The translations under genes were made by a program, and so were the position numbers. Under the pieces are notes generated by a model, which ran no database searches, was not told the DNA's origin, and was given only the letters and a program-made list of their open reading frames with translations. Positions 26,580 through 36,008 of a stretch of DNA of 60,562 bases are shown here, in pieces. Numbering within the stretch: the first letter of the stretch is position 1; every line of letters begins with the position of its first letter. The stretch spans positions 1 through 60,562 of IMG/VR virus record IMGVR_UViG_3300046167_000012. One strand, 5' to 3'. The stretch is from a virus (taxonomy: Duplodnaviria > Caudoviricetes).

Positions 26580-29004
26580 CTAGATTTACTTTCTCCGCAA
26601 TATCCAAGGCTAGACGCGCCGCGGATTCTTTCTGGTCTGTTTCAAGCTCGGCTACCTTAACGCCTATACGTGCAGCTTCTTTCTCTTCCTCAGAGTCGAT
26701 ACGCGCTTGTTGTAGCCTAGCGTTCTCTTGTTTAGCTAGAGCATCAATGTTTACCTTCATCTTGTCCATCTCAATTTTGTGCTTCAGCTCAGTTTCTTTA
26801 ATCATCAACTCGCGTTGCTGTATTTGAGTAAGTGGATCAGCTTGCTGCGCCGCTGCTTTTTCTGCAGCTGCCTCGGCTTGGTCTTTCTTGAATAACTTAT
26901 CCGCGGCTTGTGCAGCTAAACGTGAAACCTGAAGTTCTACATCTTCTGGTAGCGGTGCCTCTGGGTCTGGTAATTCTACACCTAACTGTTTCTGTATCTC
27001 TACACGATACTGCAGAGCTACGTGCTCAGTAATATGAGACATCATAGCGGACTGAATAGCACTTGCGAACGGTGACTGCCCTACAATCTGCATGATCTTA
27101 GGGTCTTGCATCGCCATCATATGCGTCTGGATATGCGCTTCGTGGTCTTGGTAAGCGAAAGGTTTGACTGGCTCTTGTTTAAGGATAGCCATATTCTCCG
27201 TTACTGGATCAGCAGGTTTGATATCATCAGGTAGTTTAATGATGTCCTCAGCATCCTTGATGCCTAGAACCTCTAACATTTGTCGGTGTAGTTTACCCAT
27301 GTCGTACATTTGAGGTGCTTGTTGAGCTAACTGTAGGGCTGCTTGGTACTGCATTATACGCTGTGCCATTGTAGCTGCGTTAGGGTCAGACACTGGGATA
27401 ACGTCTACTCGACCATCAAAGTCAGATATACGGTCTGCGGGTTCATCCATTTCGTACGCATATTCAGCAGGCATGTAGTCATGTACGATGCTAGCTAGGA
27501 TACGTAGCTCTTGTTTCATAGCTGCATGTAAACGAGCCTGAATACCTGACATAACCTGCATAGAACGCTCCATAAGCGCCAGAGTCGTGCCTACAGGGGC
27601 TTGAGCGTTAATGTCACCCACTTGTATGTCACCTACAGCCCCAATACGTCTTCCTTCGTCTACGACGTTACCTAGAAGGCTGTAAAGTACGCTCGATGGT
27701 TCTTTGTACGGTAGCGGTACGATATTTTCTTTAATCGCGCCAGCAGGTACATCCACATCTCTAAACTCACCCGGCATGATGGGAGTGTTGTCGCCGGTGA
27801 TTCGCATGCCCCGGGCTTTAAAGCCAGCTGGGAGGTTAGACAGCGTACCAGCGTCAATGAGTTGACGCATGATGGACGTGGCAGACTTAGTAAGCCCACC
27901 GAGCGTATGTATAAGCCCTGTGCCGTAGAAGCCCATACCGGGCAAATATGGGTAGTGTACGACGTGCATACGCTTCTCACGTTTGCTGTCGTCTTCATAC
28001 CAATTTCGGCGGATAGCTAAGACTATGCTAGACGATTTATCAACTGTAACTACGTAAGGTAGTGCAACACCGTCTATATCGTCAAAAGGCTCAGGTAAGT
28101 CCAAATCTACGTGCATTTCTAGTATAGTATGCCGTGGATCATCAGAAAAAGTAGGCTCTGAACCTTCTAACTCGTTATACTTCTCTTCAATGTCAGTAAC
28201 ATCTCTAGTAGCTGCAGGTAGCTCTATGTCCCGGTAGAACCCGTTTACCTGTAGCTTGAGTACTTCTTCTGGTGTCTTCTTCATAACGTGTGTAAACCGC
28301 GGGGCTGTACGTAGGTTAGACGCGCCGTAAGCGACTACGAGGTCTTCTGCAGGTACAAACTGGGATACTGGACGTTCTGTAAGCGGATCGAAGTATATTT
28401 TCTTAAACGCGGAGCCCGCCATAGGCAATTTAAACAGCATTTGCTCCATTTCGTCACGATAATCAGGCATTTTCTCAGTTATGAGGTAGTTAAGCTCGGT
28501 CTCGACACGCTGTGCCTGCTCAAACTTCTCAGTTGTTAGTTTACCCATAATCTTACTACGTACTGGGCCTGATGCAGGCATAAGTTCGCTCATCGCTTGG
28601 GCTTGGAATTTAACTACTGCTTCAGTCATCATAGGGTGGTAAACTCCGGAAGCGCCGTTCCACGGCTCTGTACGCTCCTCCACTTTCATCCCTAAAAGGT
28701 CCATACCCTTAATATAGGCACTAGCCCATTCACCACGAGACTCCCGATCGGATGAAAAATGTTCTATTAGTTCGTTTGCTATTTCCTCGAGGTCGGCATC
28801 TTCAATGTATTCGGCGAGGTTAGAGTCATGTGAGACATCCCCATCCATTTCAGGAGTGTCACCAAACTCAATTACAACTGACCCATCGTCCATTTCGACC
28901 TCAACAGCCTCGGGGTCTTCTACTACGACCGTTAGATCAGGGGCTAATCCATCCTCGGTTGCTTCAAGGATATCACTAGGTTCCATAGGTTTTTCGACTG
29001 CCAT
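26572..29004 (-). CDS. Portal protein
   Basis: 810 aa, following terL. EPWNGASGVYHP, GSAFKKIYFD, GFYGTGLIH, RQLIDAGTLSNLPAGFKARG; C-terminal coil. Confidence 0.88.
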   Translation of the reverse strand: MAVEKPMEPSDILEATEDGLAPDLTVVVEDPEAVEVEMDDGSVVIEFGDTPEMDGDVSHDSNLAEYIEDADLEEIANELIEHFSSDRESRGEWASAYIKGMDLLGMKVEERTEPWNGASGVYHPMMTEAVVKFQAQAMSELMPASGPVRSKIMGKLTTEKFEQAQRVETELNYLITEKMPDYRDEMEQMLFKLPMAGSAFKKIYFDPLTERPVSQFVPAEDLVVAYGASNLRTAPRFTHVMKKTPEEVLKLQVNGFYRDIELPAATRDVTDIEEKYNELEGSEPTFSDDPRHTILEMHVDLDLPEPFDDIDGVALPYVVTVDKSSSIVLAIRRNWYEDDSKREKRMHVVHYPYLPGMGFYGTGLIHTLGGLTKSATSIMRQLIDAGTLSNLPAGFKARGMRITGDNTPIMPGEFRDVDVPAGAIKENIVPLPYKEPSSVLYSLLGNVVDEGRRIGAVGDIQVGDINAQAPVGTTLALMERSMQVMSGIQARLHAAMKQELRILASIVHDYMPAEYAYEMDEPADRISDFDGRVDVIPVSDPNAATMAQRIMQYQAALQLAQQAPQMYDMGKLHRQMLEVLGIKDAEDIIKLPDDIKPADPVTENMAILKQEPVKPFAYQDHEAHIQTHMMAMQDPKIMQIVGQSPFASAIQSAMMSHITEHVALQYRVEIQKQLGVELPDPEAPLPEDVELQVSRLAAQAADKLFKKDQAEAAAEKAAAQQADPLTQIQQRELMIKETELKHKIEMDKMKVNIDALAKQENARLQQARIDSEEEKEAARIGVKVAELETDQKESAARLALDIAEKVNLDG

Positions 29005-29183
29005 GTTTTTGCCTCACTCTGTGCGTTTAATGGCACTATAGCAGATATAGTACCTAAATAGAAAGATATCTTCGTAGGGTGGGGACACAACGAACGAGGG
29101 AGAGCCGATGCGCAGTGTCCCCACGGACGCTACCAACGTCCTGTAGATAGCCATACTACACATGTACATGTATGTCATCCCCA

Positions 29184-30764
29184 TCAATAATATGCCGCCT
29201 TACGATGTAAATACGAATCATCGTCTTCCATATCCGTAGGTAAGCGGATAAATCCACCCTGACGGAATCTTAGGAGAGCCATAACCGTACTATCGACCAA
29301 GTCATCGTTCGACATGAACGGAAACCCAGCCACTTCTTCTACAAGCTCGTCTGCCCAGCGCGTCGCGGGAACCCAGACCATGCCTGAAGATATAATATCT
29401 GATACAGAATTGAGCCTTGCCAGCTTATCACCAGTCCCCCGGTGGGGTGTATACTCGGTGACGGGCAGTCCCATACGTCTCATCTCTTGATAAAGTGCAA
29501 CACCAGAACTTTTCTTCTCCACAATGAACGCATCTGGCTCCCAGTACCTGTACTGTTCCATAGCCAGCTCCTTTAATTCAGGAAATTCAAGCCGTTCTTT
29601 CGTGCTGTCAAGTAAAATAATGTTGTGTGAGCCTGATTCTTCGTGAAAAAACACGCCCCAAGTGGTCAAAGCGGTGTAATCGGCCCTATTATGCTTCTCT
29701 GCGGCGGCATCTAGGGACATAATCACGTATTCTACCGGCGGAAGAGTGTCATTCTCCCATATATTCCACCATTCACGCTTAACAATCGACGCTTCTTCGG
29801 CTGTCGGCTGCTGTTGATACTGCGAGTTCCACTGGAACGCAGGCATCGAAGCCTTAGTTCTTTCCAATGCAGCTAGATCAAAGAACTCTGGCCATAAAGG
29901 TTTCTGTATTGGCTTACCATCTTTGTCTTCAGAGTCTAAAATCGCAGGAAACTCAACGATTTCGTACTGATCGGCCATCTCATTCTTGACCATATCGTTA
30001 GTTACACGCCCTGTTAGGTCGTCCATATGCCATCTAGTCTGCACGATAGCTACACGCCCGCCGGGCATTAGCCTTGTTCGGGCACCGAAGGTAAACCATT
30101 CGTAAGCCTTTTCAAAGACAGAAAAGTTCCCGTTGATAACATCTTGTTCAGAGTGTGGGTCGTCGACCAGCAATAGGTCAGCGCCACGCCCAGCCAAAGC
30201 AGAACCAATACCACACGCAAAATACTCTCCTCCAAAGTTTGTATTCCATCTCCCCGCTGATTTACTGTCCACCGCAAGAGAAACCTCTGGGAATATGGAC
30301 TTATAGTCGTCTAAGGCGATCAAATTACGGACTTTACGCCCAAAATCCACCGCCAAGTCTGTGGTGTGCGACACCATCATTACTTTCTTATCAGGATTCC
30401 GCCCTAAAAACCAAGCGGGGTAAAATATCGACACGAGCTGCGACTTACCATGGCGCGGGGGTATGTTTACGCACACCCTGTCCTTACCTTCCTTAGCTGT
30501 CGGCCCACGTTCAACGTCCATCAACATGTTTGCAAGTATGCGATGATGCCTACCAACTTTGTAATCTGGCTGCATCCGCTTGCAAAACTCTATCAGATCA
30601 TCATGCGCGGCCTTATTTGTCTGCCGTGTGGACAATTCCCCCACGATTGAGTCTATTTCGACCAGCTCTTCAGGACTAAACGAGTCCAGATTGTCCAATA
30701 TGTGCTGGATATCCTCCGGTGAGAAATCCATATCTTTAGCTAAACTAGCTAAATTGTCAGACAT
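29184..30764 (-). CDS. terL: Terminase large subunit
   Basis: PPRHGKS Walker A; LLVDDP Walker B; QTRWH; nuclease SLD; DDLVDS. Confidence 0.93.
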   Translation of the reverse strand: MSDNLASLAKDMDFSPEDIQHILDNLDSFSPEELVEIDSIVGELSTRQTNKAAHDDLIEFCKRMQPDYKVGRHHRILANMLMDVERGPTAKEGKDRVCVNIPPRHGKSQLVSIFYPAWFLGRNPDKKVMMVSHTTDLAVDFGRKVRNLIALDDYKSIFPEVSLAVDSKSAGRWNTNFGGEYFACGIGSALAGRGADLLLVDDPHSEQDVINGNFSVFEKAYEWFTFGARTRLMPGGRVAIVQTRWHMDDLTGRVTNDMVKNEMADQYEIVEFPAILDSEDKDGKPIQKPLWPEFFDLAALERTKASMPAFQWNSQYQQQPTAEEASIVKREWWNIWENDTLPPVEYVIMSLDAAAEKHNRADYTALTTWGVFFHEESGSHNIILLDSTKERLEFPELKELAMEQYRYWEPDAFIVEKKSSGVALYQEMRRMGLPVTEYTPHRGTGDKLARLNSVSDIISSGMVWVPATRWADELVEEVAGFPFMSNDDLVDSTVMALLRFRQGGFIRLPTDMEDDDSYLHRKAAYY

Positions 30765-31344
30765 CGAGCCCTAGCTCCTTATCTACGTCGATAACATCCC
30801 CATTTATTGTAATTGCATCCTCAACTTCGTCAGGATTTACCAGTCGAGACAGCTTTTCGCGCAATTTGTCCTTCAGATCGTCCGATGTCTGGTGCGTTAT
30901 AGTCACTTCAGACTTCTCAGCGAATAACCCAACGTCTGAGACCTTACCCAACAGCTCCAACGCACGTATTCGTATCCGCGGATCAGGGTTTTCGGTCTCT
31001 TCTATCAGTTTATTTGTAACTAAGTGGCGTACCTGCGTCGCACTTTTCACCACAGAGTGCCCAAAGTCCTTCAGGATTCTATCTGTCAGCAATAAAGTCG
31101 CGGGTGTCAACTGGGCCACTCGTTTCGGCGTTGCAACTTTGGATGTTTTTTGAGGGTTTTCAGCGTAAGATACTGCTAAAGAAGCCGCGGTATCCTTGTC
31201 TTCACTGGTTGCTTCGACCTCTAATCCGTTAGCATGCAAGTACTCTACCGTCTTCGCAGCTGCAGACGTTTTGATTGCAAGGTCTTTCATGTCCGGAGCT
31301 TTGCGGGTCGGTACTCCGCGCTCAGGTTCGATATGTATAGCCAT
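30757..31344 (-). CDS. Probable terminase small subunit
   Basis: Overlaps the terL start; RIRALELLGK...GLF oligomerisation-like motif. Confidence 0.65.
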   Translation of the reverse strand: MAIHIEPERGVPTRKAPDMKDLAIKTSAAAKTVEYLHANGLEVEATSEDKDTAASLAVSYAENPQKTSKVATPKRVAQLTPATLLLTDRILKDFGHSVVKSATQVRHLVTNKLIEETENPDPRIRIRALELLGKVSDVGLFAEKSEVTITHQTSDDLKDKLREKLSRLVNPDEVEDAITINGDVIDVDKELGLDV

Positions 31345-31364
31345 TTTTAGCCCTCGTTTGTGAA

Positions 31365-31393
31365 ACTATACAAAAAATTTTACAGCATTTCAA
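31365..31393 (-). promoter_or_regulatory. Sigma70-type promoter for the late arm
   Basis: TTGAAA-17 bp-TATAGT upstream of terS. Confidence 0.65.
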
Positions 31394-31635
31394 TCCAGTT
31401 TGATAGGAGACGTTTTTATATACGAGGGGGTGGGGTCACTTAGCGCGCCGAAAACGCTAGGTAGGGGGGTCTGTTTTGATACCCGTGACGATACTTTGTG
31501 GGGTCGGATTCGTTTTTGGAAAAACGTAAAATATTTGTGAATAATAGTATTATATAGACGCGCGGACAGGTAGCCGTACTGGGGGGTGGGGGGTAGGTGG
31601 GGGTAGTGAGTCACTACTTTTTATACCCTGATACT

Positions 31636-31664
31636 GTGACACAACACACACAAACAAGTATACT
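31636..31664 (+). promoter_or_regulatory. Sigma70-type early promoter
   Basis: GTGACA-17 bp-TATACT upstream of 31727. Confidence 0.65.
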
Positions 31665-31726
31665 GGTGTTATCAAAAGCGAAACATGGTGTATCGCTAGA
31701 TAAAATATTCTTGAAAGGAATATACT

Positions 31727-32278
31727 ATGACTAAAATTAATCAACCAAAACTAAGCGCAGAACTAGGTAAAGAGATTGCACAGTTCAGTAAACATAAAGT
31801 TAATCAGGACAAGCGAACAACAAAAGTTCTTGATCTGTTTAAATCATGTGGGTTCAAAAGCACCGACCTAATCAGCAACACCTCAAAAGGTTCTACAGCC
31901 ACAGAGGAGCAATTCACATGGTGCAAGCAAATGATAGCGAATGGCTTTCCAGATGGAGTTAAAGAGCTTTGTGAACTATCTGCAAAGGCCGCAGGCGATA
32001 AGGTTATCGATGGTCGCAATAGATCATACTGGTCAAAACAACCAAACTCTATAATGGGCGCGTTAAATACCCAACTAAGGAATAGGGAAGAAATTGACGC
32101 TGAGATAGCAAGCGGCAAGCAGGGTGCTGATGCTAGAACAAGATCATCTGAAGCGATTGCCAAGGATCAACTAGGCAAAATAATAACTCGCTTACAAAAA
32201 GCTGAGACATTCGAAACAACTATGGATTTGGATGTTATGATCTCGCAACTACAAGCGATGGTTAAATCAATCGGCTAA
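31727..32278 (+). CDS. Early hypothetical protein
   Basis: 183-aa ORF with AAGGA RBS and promoter. Confidence 0.75.
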   Translation: MTKINQPKLSAELGKEIAQFSKHKVNQDKRTTKVLDLFKSCGFKSTDLISNTSKGSTATEEQFTWCKQMIANGFPDGVKELCELSAKAAGDKVIDGRNRSYWSKQPNSIMGALNTQLRNREEIDAEIASGKQGADARTRSSEAIAKDQLGKIITRLQKAETFETTMDLDVMISQLQAMVKSIG

Positions 32279-32328
32279 ACTAAACTTGGAGCGGCCTAGG
32301 CCGCTCCATACTAACAGGAAATAAAACA

Positions 32329-32580
32329 ATGTTAAAAACACTATCATATAAACAAGATCAAAACAGAATTGGGGAAGCAATGGGATTTAAACGTATTGGA
32401 ATGGTTGCAATAGATATGATTGCAAAATGGCCAGATGAAAAGTTTGACATATTCTTTCCCGCTTTAAGCGTTCGAATGTGTCCGGAAGAAATTGAACGCG
32501 TTCACGATAAAAGACGTTTCAACAAAGAACAAGATGAACCATTTACCAAACAAATGTCTTTTACATTTATACCAAAATAA
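32329..32580 (+). CDS. Early hypothetical protein
   Basis: AGGA RBS; followed by a terminator. Confidence 0.65.
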   Translation: MLKTLSYKQDQNRIGEAMGFKRIGMVAIDMIAKWPDEKFDIFFPALSVRMCPEEIERVHDKRRFNKEQDEPFTKQMSFTFIPK

Positions 32581-32586
32581 CCACAC

Positions 32587-32617
32587 GCCCCGAGCCGAAA
32601 GGTTCGGGGCTTTTTTT
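32587..32617 (+). terminator. Rho-independent terminator
   Basis: GCCCCGAGCC-GAAA-GGTTCGGGGC-TTTTTTT. Confidence 0.9.
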
Positions 32618-32655
32618 GTGTCTAGATTTCTGTATGTGTTACACCACACAATTAT

Positions 32656-32888
32656 ACCAGTTCTCTGAATAGCTTCGCGTCGCAGAGCAATCGGCCTCGT
32701 TATTCGCTTTATCAAAACAAGTAGTGACTCACTACCCATCGACACCAGTTCTCTGAATAGCTTCGCGGATCATATGTACTTCGTGTGTACATCTTCTCGT
32801 ATGTTTATGTATGTCGTGTTTACCGGGCCCGTAAGTAAGGTAGTGACTCACTACACGTCGACGCCAGTTCTCTAAGTAGCTTCGCGGA
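32656..32888 (+). repeat. Three 24-bp direct repeats (RCCAGTTCTCTRARTAGCTTCGCG)
   Basis: Copies at 32656, 32744 and 32863. Copies 2 and 3 are preceded by the 15-bp palindrome, giving ~49-bp units at 32721 and 32840. Confidence 0.9.
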
Positions 32889-32918
32889 GCAACACGTACG
32901 CAGATACCTTGTTTTTAT

Positions 32919-33229
32919 AATGTTCCATTGTAATGTTCCTAATGTTCCACAAGAAGTTCCACAATGTGCAAAAATAAGTCATTGATTTTATTATAATGTT
33001 CCTAATGTTCCTAATGTTCCATGAAAAAAAATATAGCACCCCATACGCGACCCCCTCTATAATGCGATACCAACCTCACACACAATTTGCCTACACCCCA
33101 AAAATTAACGGAACATTTGGAACATTGGAACATTCCAATGATTTCAAGCACTTACAGACACACCAAATGGAACATTATAAAACCCGATTGGAACATTGTA
33201 ATCTTATCAATAACTTAGCACGGAACATT
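32919..33229. repeat. Iteron array (6x AATGTTCC, then 6x GGAACATT) with IHF-like sites; putative replication origin
   Basis: AATGTTCC at 32919, 32932, 32941, 32995, 33004, 33013. GGAACATT at 33110, 33119, 33127, 33169, 33190, 33222. WATCAANNNNTTR matches at 32975-32987 (minus) and 33205-33217. Confidence 0.8.
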
Positions 33230-33324
33230 ACCTTTTAACCCAGTAGTGTCTCACTACCATATACAACCTCGCAATACCTGACGATACCCTGTAATACTTG
33301 ACATAACAAAACACTCTGAAAAAC

Positions 33325-33353
33325 TTGACATTACATGGTTATCATGTTATATT
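33325..33353 (+). promoter_or_regulatory. Strong sigma70-type early promoter
   Basis: TTGACA-17 bp-TATATT. Confidence 0.8.
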
Positions 33354-33461
33354 GGTATATGTTCTGGTGTGATGGCTAACGCCCCAGCTCCACGAGCATC
33401 GCTACCTAGTGTAGTGTCTCACTACCAATCTAATCAACTAATCAAACGAATGGAGATTATC

Positions 33462-33671
33462 ATGCCTATCAAAGCCTATTGCCTCTCATGCGAGCAACCT
33501 TACTCACAACGCCGAAAACAATTGGGTTACAACTTCTGCCTAGATTGCGGTGAATACCAAGCGACTAAGCAACGCGCAGGATGGTGTATCGCACCTATCG
33601 CGCACAAGCAAGGCGCAACACTTGTCACCAATCCAAAAGACCTCAAAGGTCTAAACAAGTATTCGTCATGA
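33462..33671 (+). CDS. DksA/TraR-like C4 zinc-finger protein
   Basis: Start refined to 33462 (GGAG RBS). CLSCEQPYSQRRKQLGYNFCLDC. Confidence 0.55.
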   Translation: MPIKAYCLSCEQPYSQRRKQLGYNFCLDCGEYQATKQRAGWCIAPIAHKQGATLVTNPKDLKGLNKYSS

Positions 33672-33898
33672 TGAAATTCTGGACAGTACTTCTACTGACG
33701 TATCACGCAGGGTCTGACGATGTCGAACCTATGACTTCAAGTATCCTGTTACCCTCGATGGAAATATGCGGTGATGTGATGGACGACTTCTATCCAACTA
33801 TATTCACGCACTATCCTGACAGCATGGCTCAATGCCTAGAAACCGCAGAGGCTTCAACAACTATGACAAGCCCAATGCCAAAACTAAGACCGTTCTAA
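33668..33898 (+). CDS. Small exported-type protein
   Basis: ATGA overlap; MMKFWTVLLLTY; two Cys; C-terminal SPMPKLRP. Confidence 0.55.
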   Translation: MMKFWTVLLLTYHAGSDDVEPMTSSILLPSMEICGDVMDDFYPTIFTHYPDSMAQCLETAEASTTMTSPMPKLRPF

Positions 33899-33909
33899 AG
33901 GAGGACATT

Positions 33910-34827
33910 ATGAACAACGTACACCAACTAACCGCCGCGAGTAGTGAGCCACTACCAACAGATGCACCGACACTTGGCTCATCTGCAATGCTCGTAGAAG
34001 TCAACATCTCTACATGGGCAGGTCGAAGGGAAGACAAGCGGGCTTCCGCTAAAGTCACACAAGACGCCCATGCAAAAAAGGGTATAGCAAACGTGACGAA
34101 GAAGTTACTCGCTAACTCTGACACACTGAGAGCAATACATGTACACGTTACTGCTACTCGCAACATGCACTCGAATATGACGATGCCTTGGTCTAATTCT
34201 GGGCTACGTCTGTTACCTACAGCGCAATACTTCAACTACAGCGAAGCTATGTCTCAAATGCAGAATGAGTTTGAAGCACTAAAGACTAAGTTTCTAGACT
34301 CGTACAACGACGCAGTGGTAGATGTACAGTTAGAGCTTGGCTCGTTGTTCTTACGTGACGACTATCCCACATTAGAAAGTCTAGATAGTAAGTTTGCTTT
34401 CCGTACAAATTACATGCCGTTGCCAGATGTCGGTGACTTCCGTGTCGATGTGGGCAACGAAGCACTACTCGAAATCAAGCAGAAGTATGAGGACTTCTAT
34501 TCCAAACAATACAATACAGCTATGAATGACGTGTGGACACGTTTGCACAAGGCACTGACAAATATGTCTGAGCGCCTAGACTACAGCGGTAAAGAGGACA
34601 AGAAAGTATTTCGTGATACGCTCGTTGGTAATGTCACTGACATGATAGAACTACTACGTGTGTGTAACGTGACGAAGTCGATCCAGATGTCCGACATGGC
34701 AAACAAACTCGAAGATGCAATGTCTGGTGTATCCGCCGTGGTATTGCGTGACGACAATACGTTCCGCGTCAGAACCAAAGCGAAGGTCGACGACATTATC
34801 AAAACACTACCATCATTAGATATGTAA
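33910..34827 (+). CDS. Conserved helical phage protein (DUF3150-like partner of AAA+/vWA modules)
   Basis: Start refined to 33910 (GAGGA). SSAMLVEVNISTW...TMPWSNSGLRLLP...DYP...KF.F. Confidence 0.5.
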   Translation: MNNVHQLTAASSEPLPTDAPTLGSSAMLVEVNISTWAGRREDKRASAKVTQDAHAKKGIANVTKKLLANSDTLRAIHVHVTATRNMHSNMTMPWSNSGLRLLPTAQYFNYSEAMSQMQNEFEALKTKFLDSYNDAVVDVQLELGSLFLRDDYPTLESLDSKFAFRTNYMPLPDVGDFRVDVGNEALLEIKQKYEDFYSKQYNTAMNDVWTRLHKALTNMSERLDYSGKEDKKVFRDTLVGNVTDMIELLRVCNVTKSIQMSDMANKLEDAMSGVSAVVLRDDNTFRVRTKAKVDDIIKTLPSLDM

Positions 34828-34884
34828 GAATGGTAGTGGCTCACTACTTAACAACACTAAACTTAAACAAGAAAGAAGAACAAC

Positions 34885-35997
34885 ATGAATAATCAAGCAC
34901 AATCAATGTACGCACTAAGCCCAGATCAAGTTTCTGATGCAATCAAGAGCCAACTACATGTGGATGAAGAGGATAAGAACACACTTATCGTTGAGGGTCA
35001 CATGGGTAGCGGCAAATCTTCGATACTGAAAACACTGGACGCGCAGTTACCGAAACACAAAGCAATCTATTTTGATTGCACAACCAAGGCAGATGCAGGT
35101 GACTTGATGATGCCCAAGTTCAAAGACCTAGAAGGTAACGACTATGTGACCTTTGCCACTAACGAGGAACTAGGTGTACACATCAAAGATCAACCACTCA
35201 TTATTATGATAGACGAGGTGGGTAAGAACAAGAGCTTACAGAACCCACTCAATCGTTTGTTCCAAGAGCGTATGATTGGTATGAACAAACTACATCCTGA
35301 CACGCTAGTGTTTGCTACAACTAATATTGGTGCAGAAGGTGTCGGTGATATGTTCATGCCACACACATGTAACCGCGTCACGTTTGTACGCATGCGTAAA
35401 CCTAACAATACGGAATGGATCGAATGGGGTATCAACAACGACATAGACCACAGCATGCTTGGTTGGTGTAAGGACAATCCACAGTTGTTTGCATCGTTTG
35501 AAGATGTGAAAGACCCAGACGAAAACCCGTGGATATTTCACCCAAAAGCTTTTAGACGTTCGTTCTTTACGCCGCGCTCTGGTCACAAAGCATCTAACTG
35601 GCTAAAACAACGCCACCTCCTTGATGATCAAACACTCACAGCCGCATTAATGGGTACGATTGGTGATCGTGCGGCAATGGACTTGATGGCGTTTGTAACA
35701 CTAGCTGATCAGCTACCTACCTTGCAGTCTATCAAAGACAATCCAAAGAGTGCCAAAGTGCCTGACAGCGCCGCCGCCATATGTATGGTTGTGTATAGAA
35801 CTCTGTCTGCGTTGGAAAAAGACTGGCTCAACAGCTGGATGGATTACTTGCCACGCCTCGATACCGAAGCACAAGCTATGTTTGCTAATGGTGTACGCGC
35901 ACCGAAGTATTCAAAGCAGTCAATGGTTATGACTAACAAGAAGTTCACCGAGTGGGCTATGAAGAACAACCACCTATACACAGCAGATAAAATATAA
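34885..35997 (+). CDS. MoxR-like AAA+ ATPase
   Basis: GHMGSGKS Walker A; IMIDE Walker B; FATTN; NR; TPRS. Confidence 0.8.
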   Translation: MNNQAQSMYALSPDQVSDAIKSQLHVDEEDKNTLIVEGHMGSGKSSILKTLDAQLPKHKAIYFDCTTKADAGDLMMPKFKDLEGNDYVTFATNEELGVHIKDQPLIIMIDEVGKNKSLQNPLNRLFQERMIGMNKLHPDTLVFATTNIGAEGVGDMFMPHTCNRVTFVRMRKPNNTEWIEWGINNDIDHSMLGWCKDNPQLFASFEDVKDPDENPWIFHPKAFRRSFFTPRSGHKASNWLKQRHLLDDQTLTAALMGTIGDRAAMDLMAFVTLADQLPTLQSIKDNPKSAKVPDSAAAICMVVYRTLSALEKDWLNSWMDYLPRLDTEAQAMFANGVRAPKYSKQSMVMTNKKFTEWAMKNNHLYTADKI

Positions 35998-36008
35998 GGA
36001 GAGAAATA

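Noticed and set aside
32656-32888. CRISPR array
   Set aside because: Only three repeats, spacers of 64 and 95 bp are unequal and too long, and there is no cas operon. The Cas4-like gene at 44398 is an ordinary phage exonuclease.
32919-33229. Alphaproteobacterial LexA boxes (GTTC-N7-GTTC)
   Set aside because: GTTC/GAAC units recur at 8-, 9-, 12- or 13-bp periods, not the required 11.
32996-33238. 80-aa ORF MFLMFLMF...
   Set aside because: It is a by-product of the iteron repeats and has no RBS.
33298-33326. Separate promoter from TTGACA at 33298
   Set aside because: No convincing -10 at 16-18 bp; the 33325 promoter is much better.
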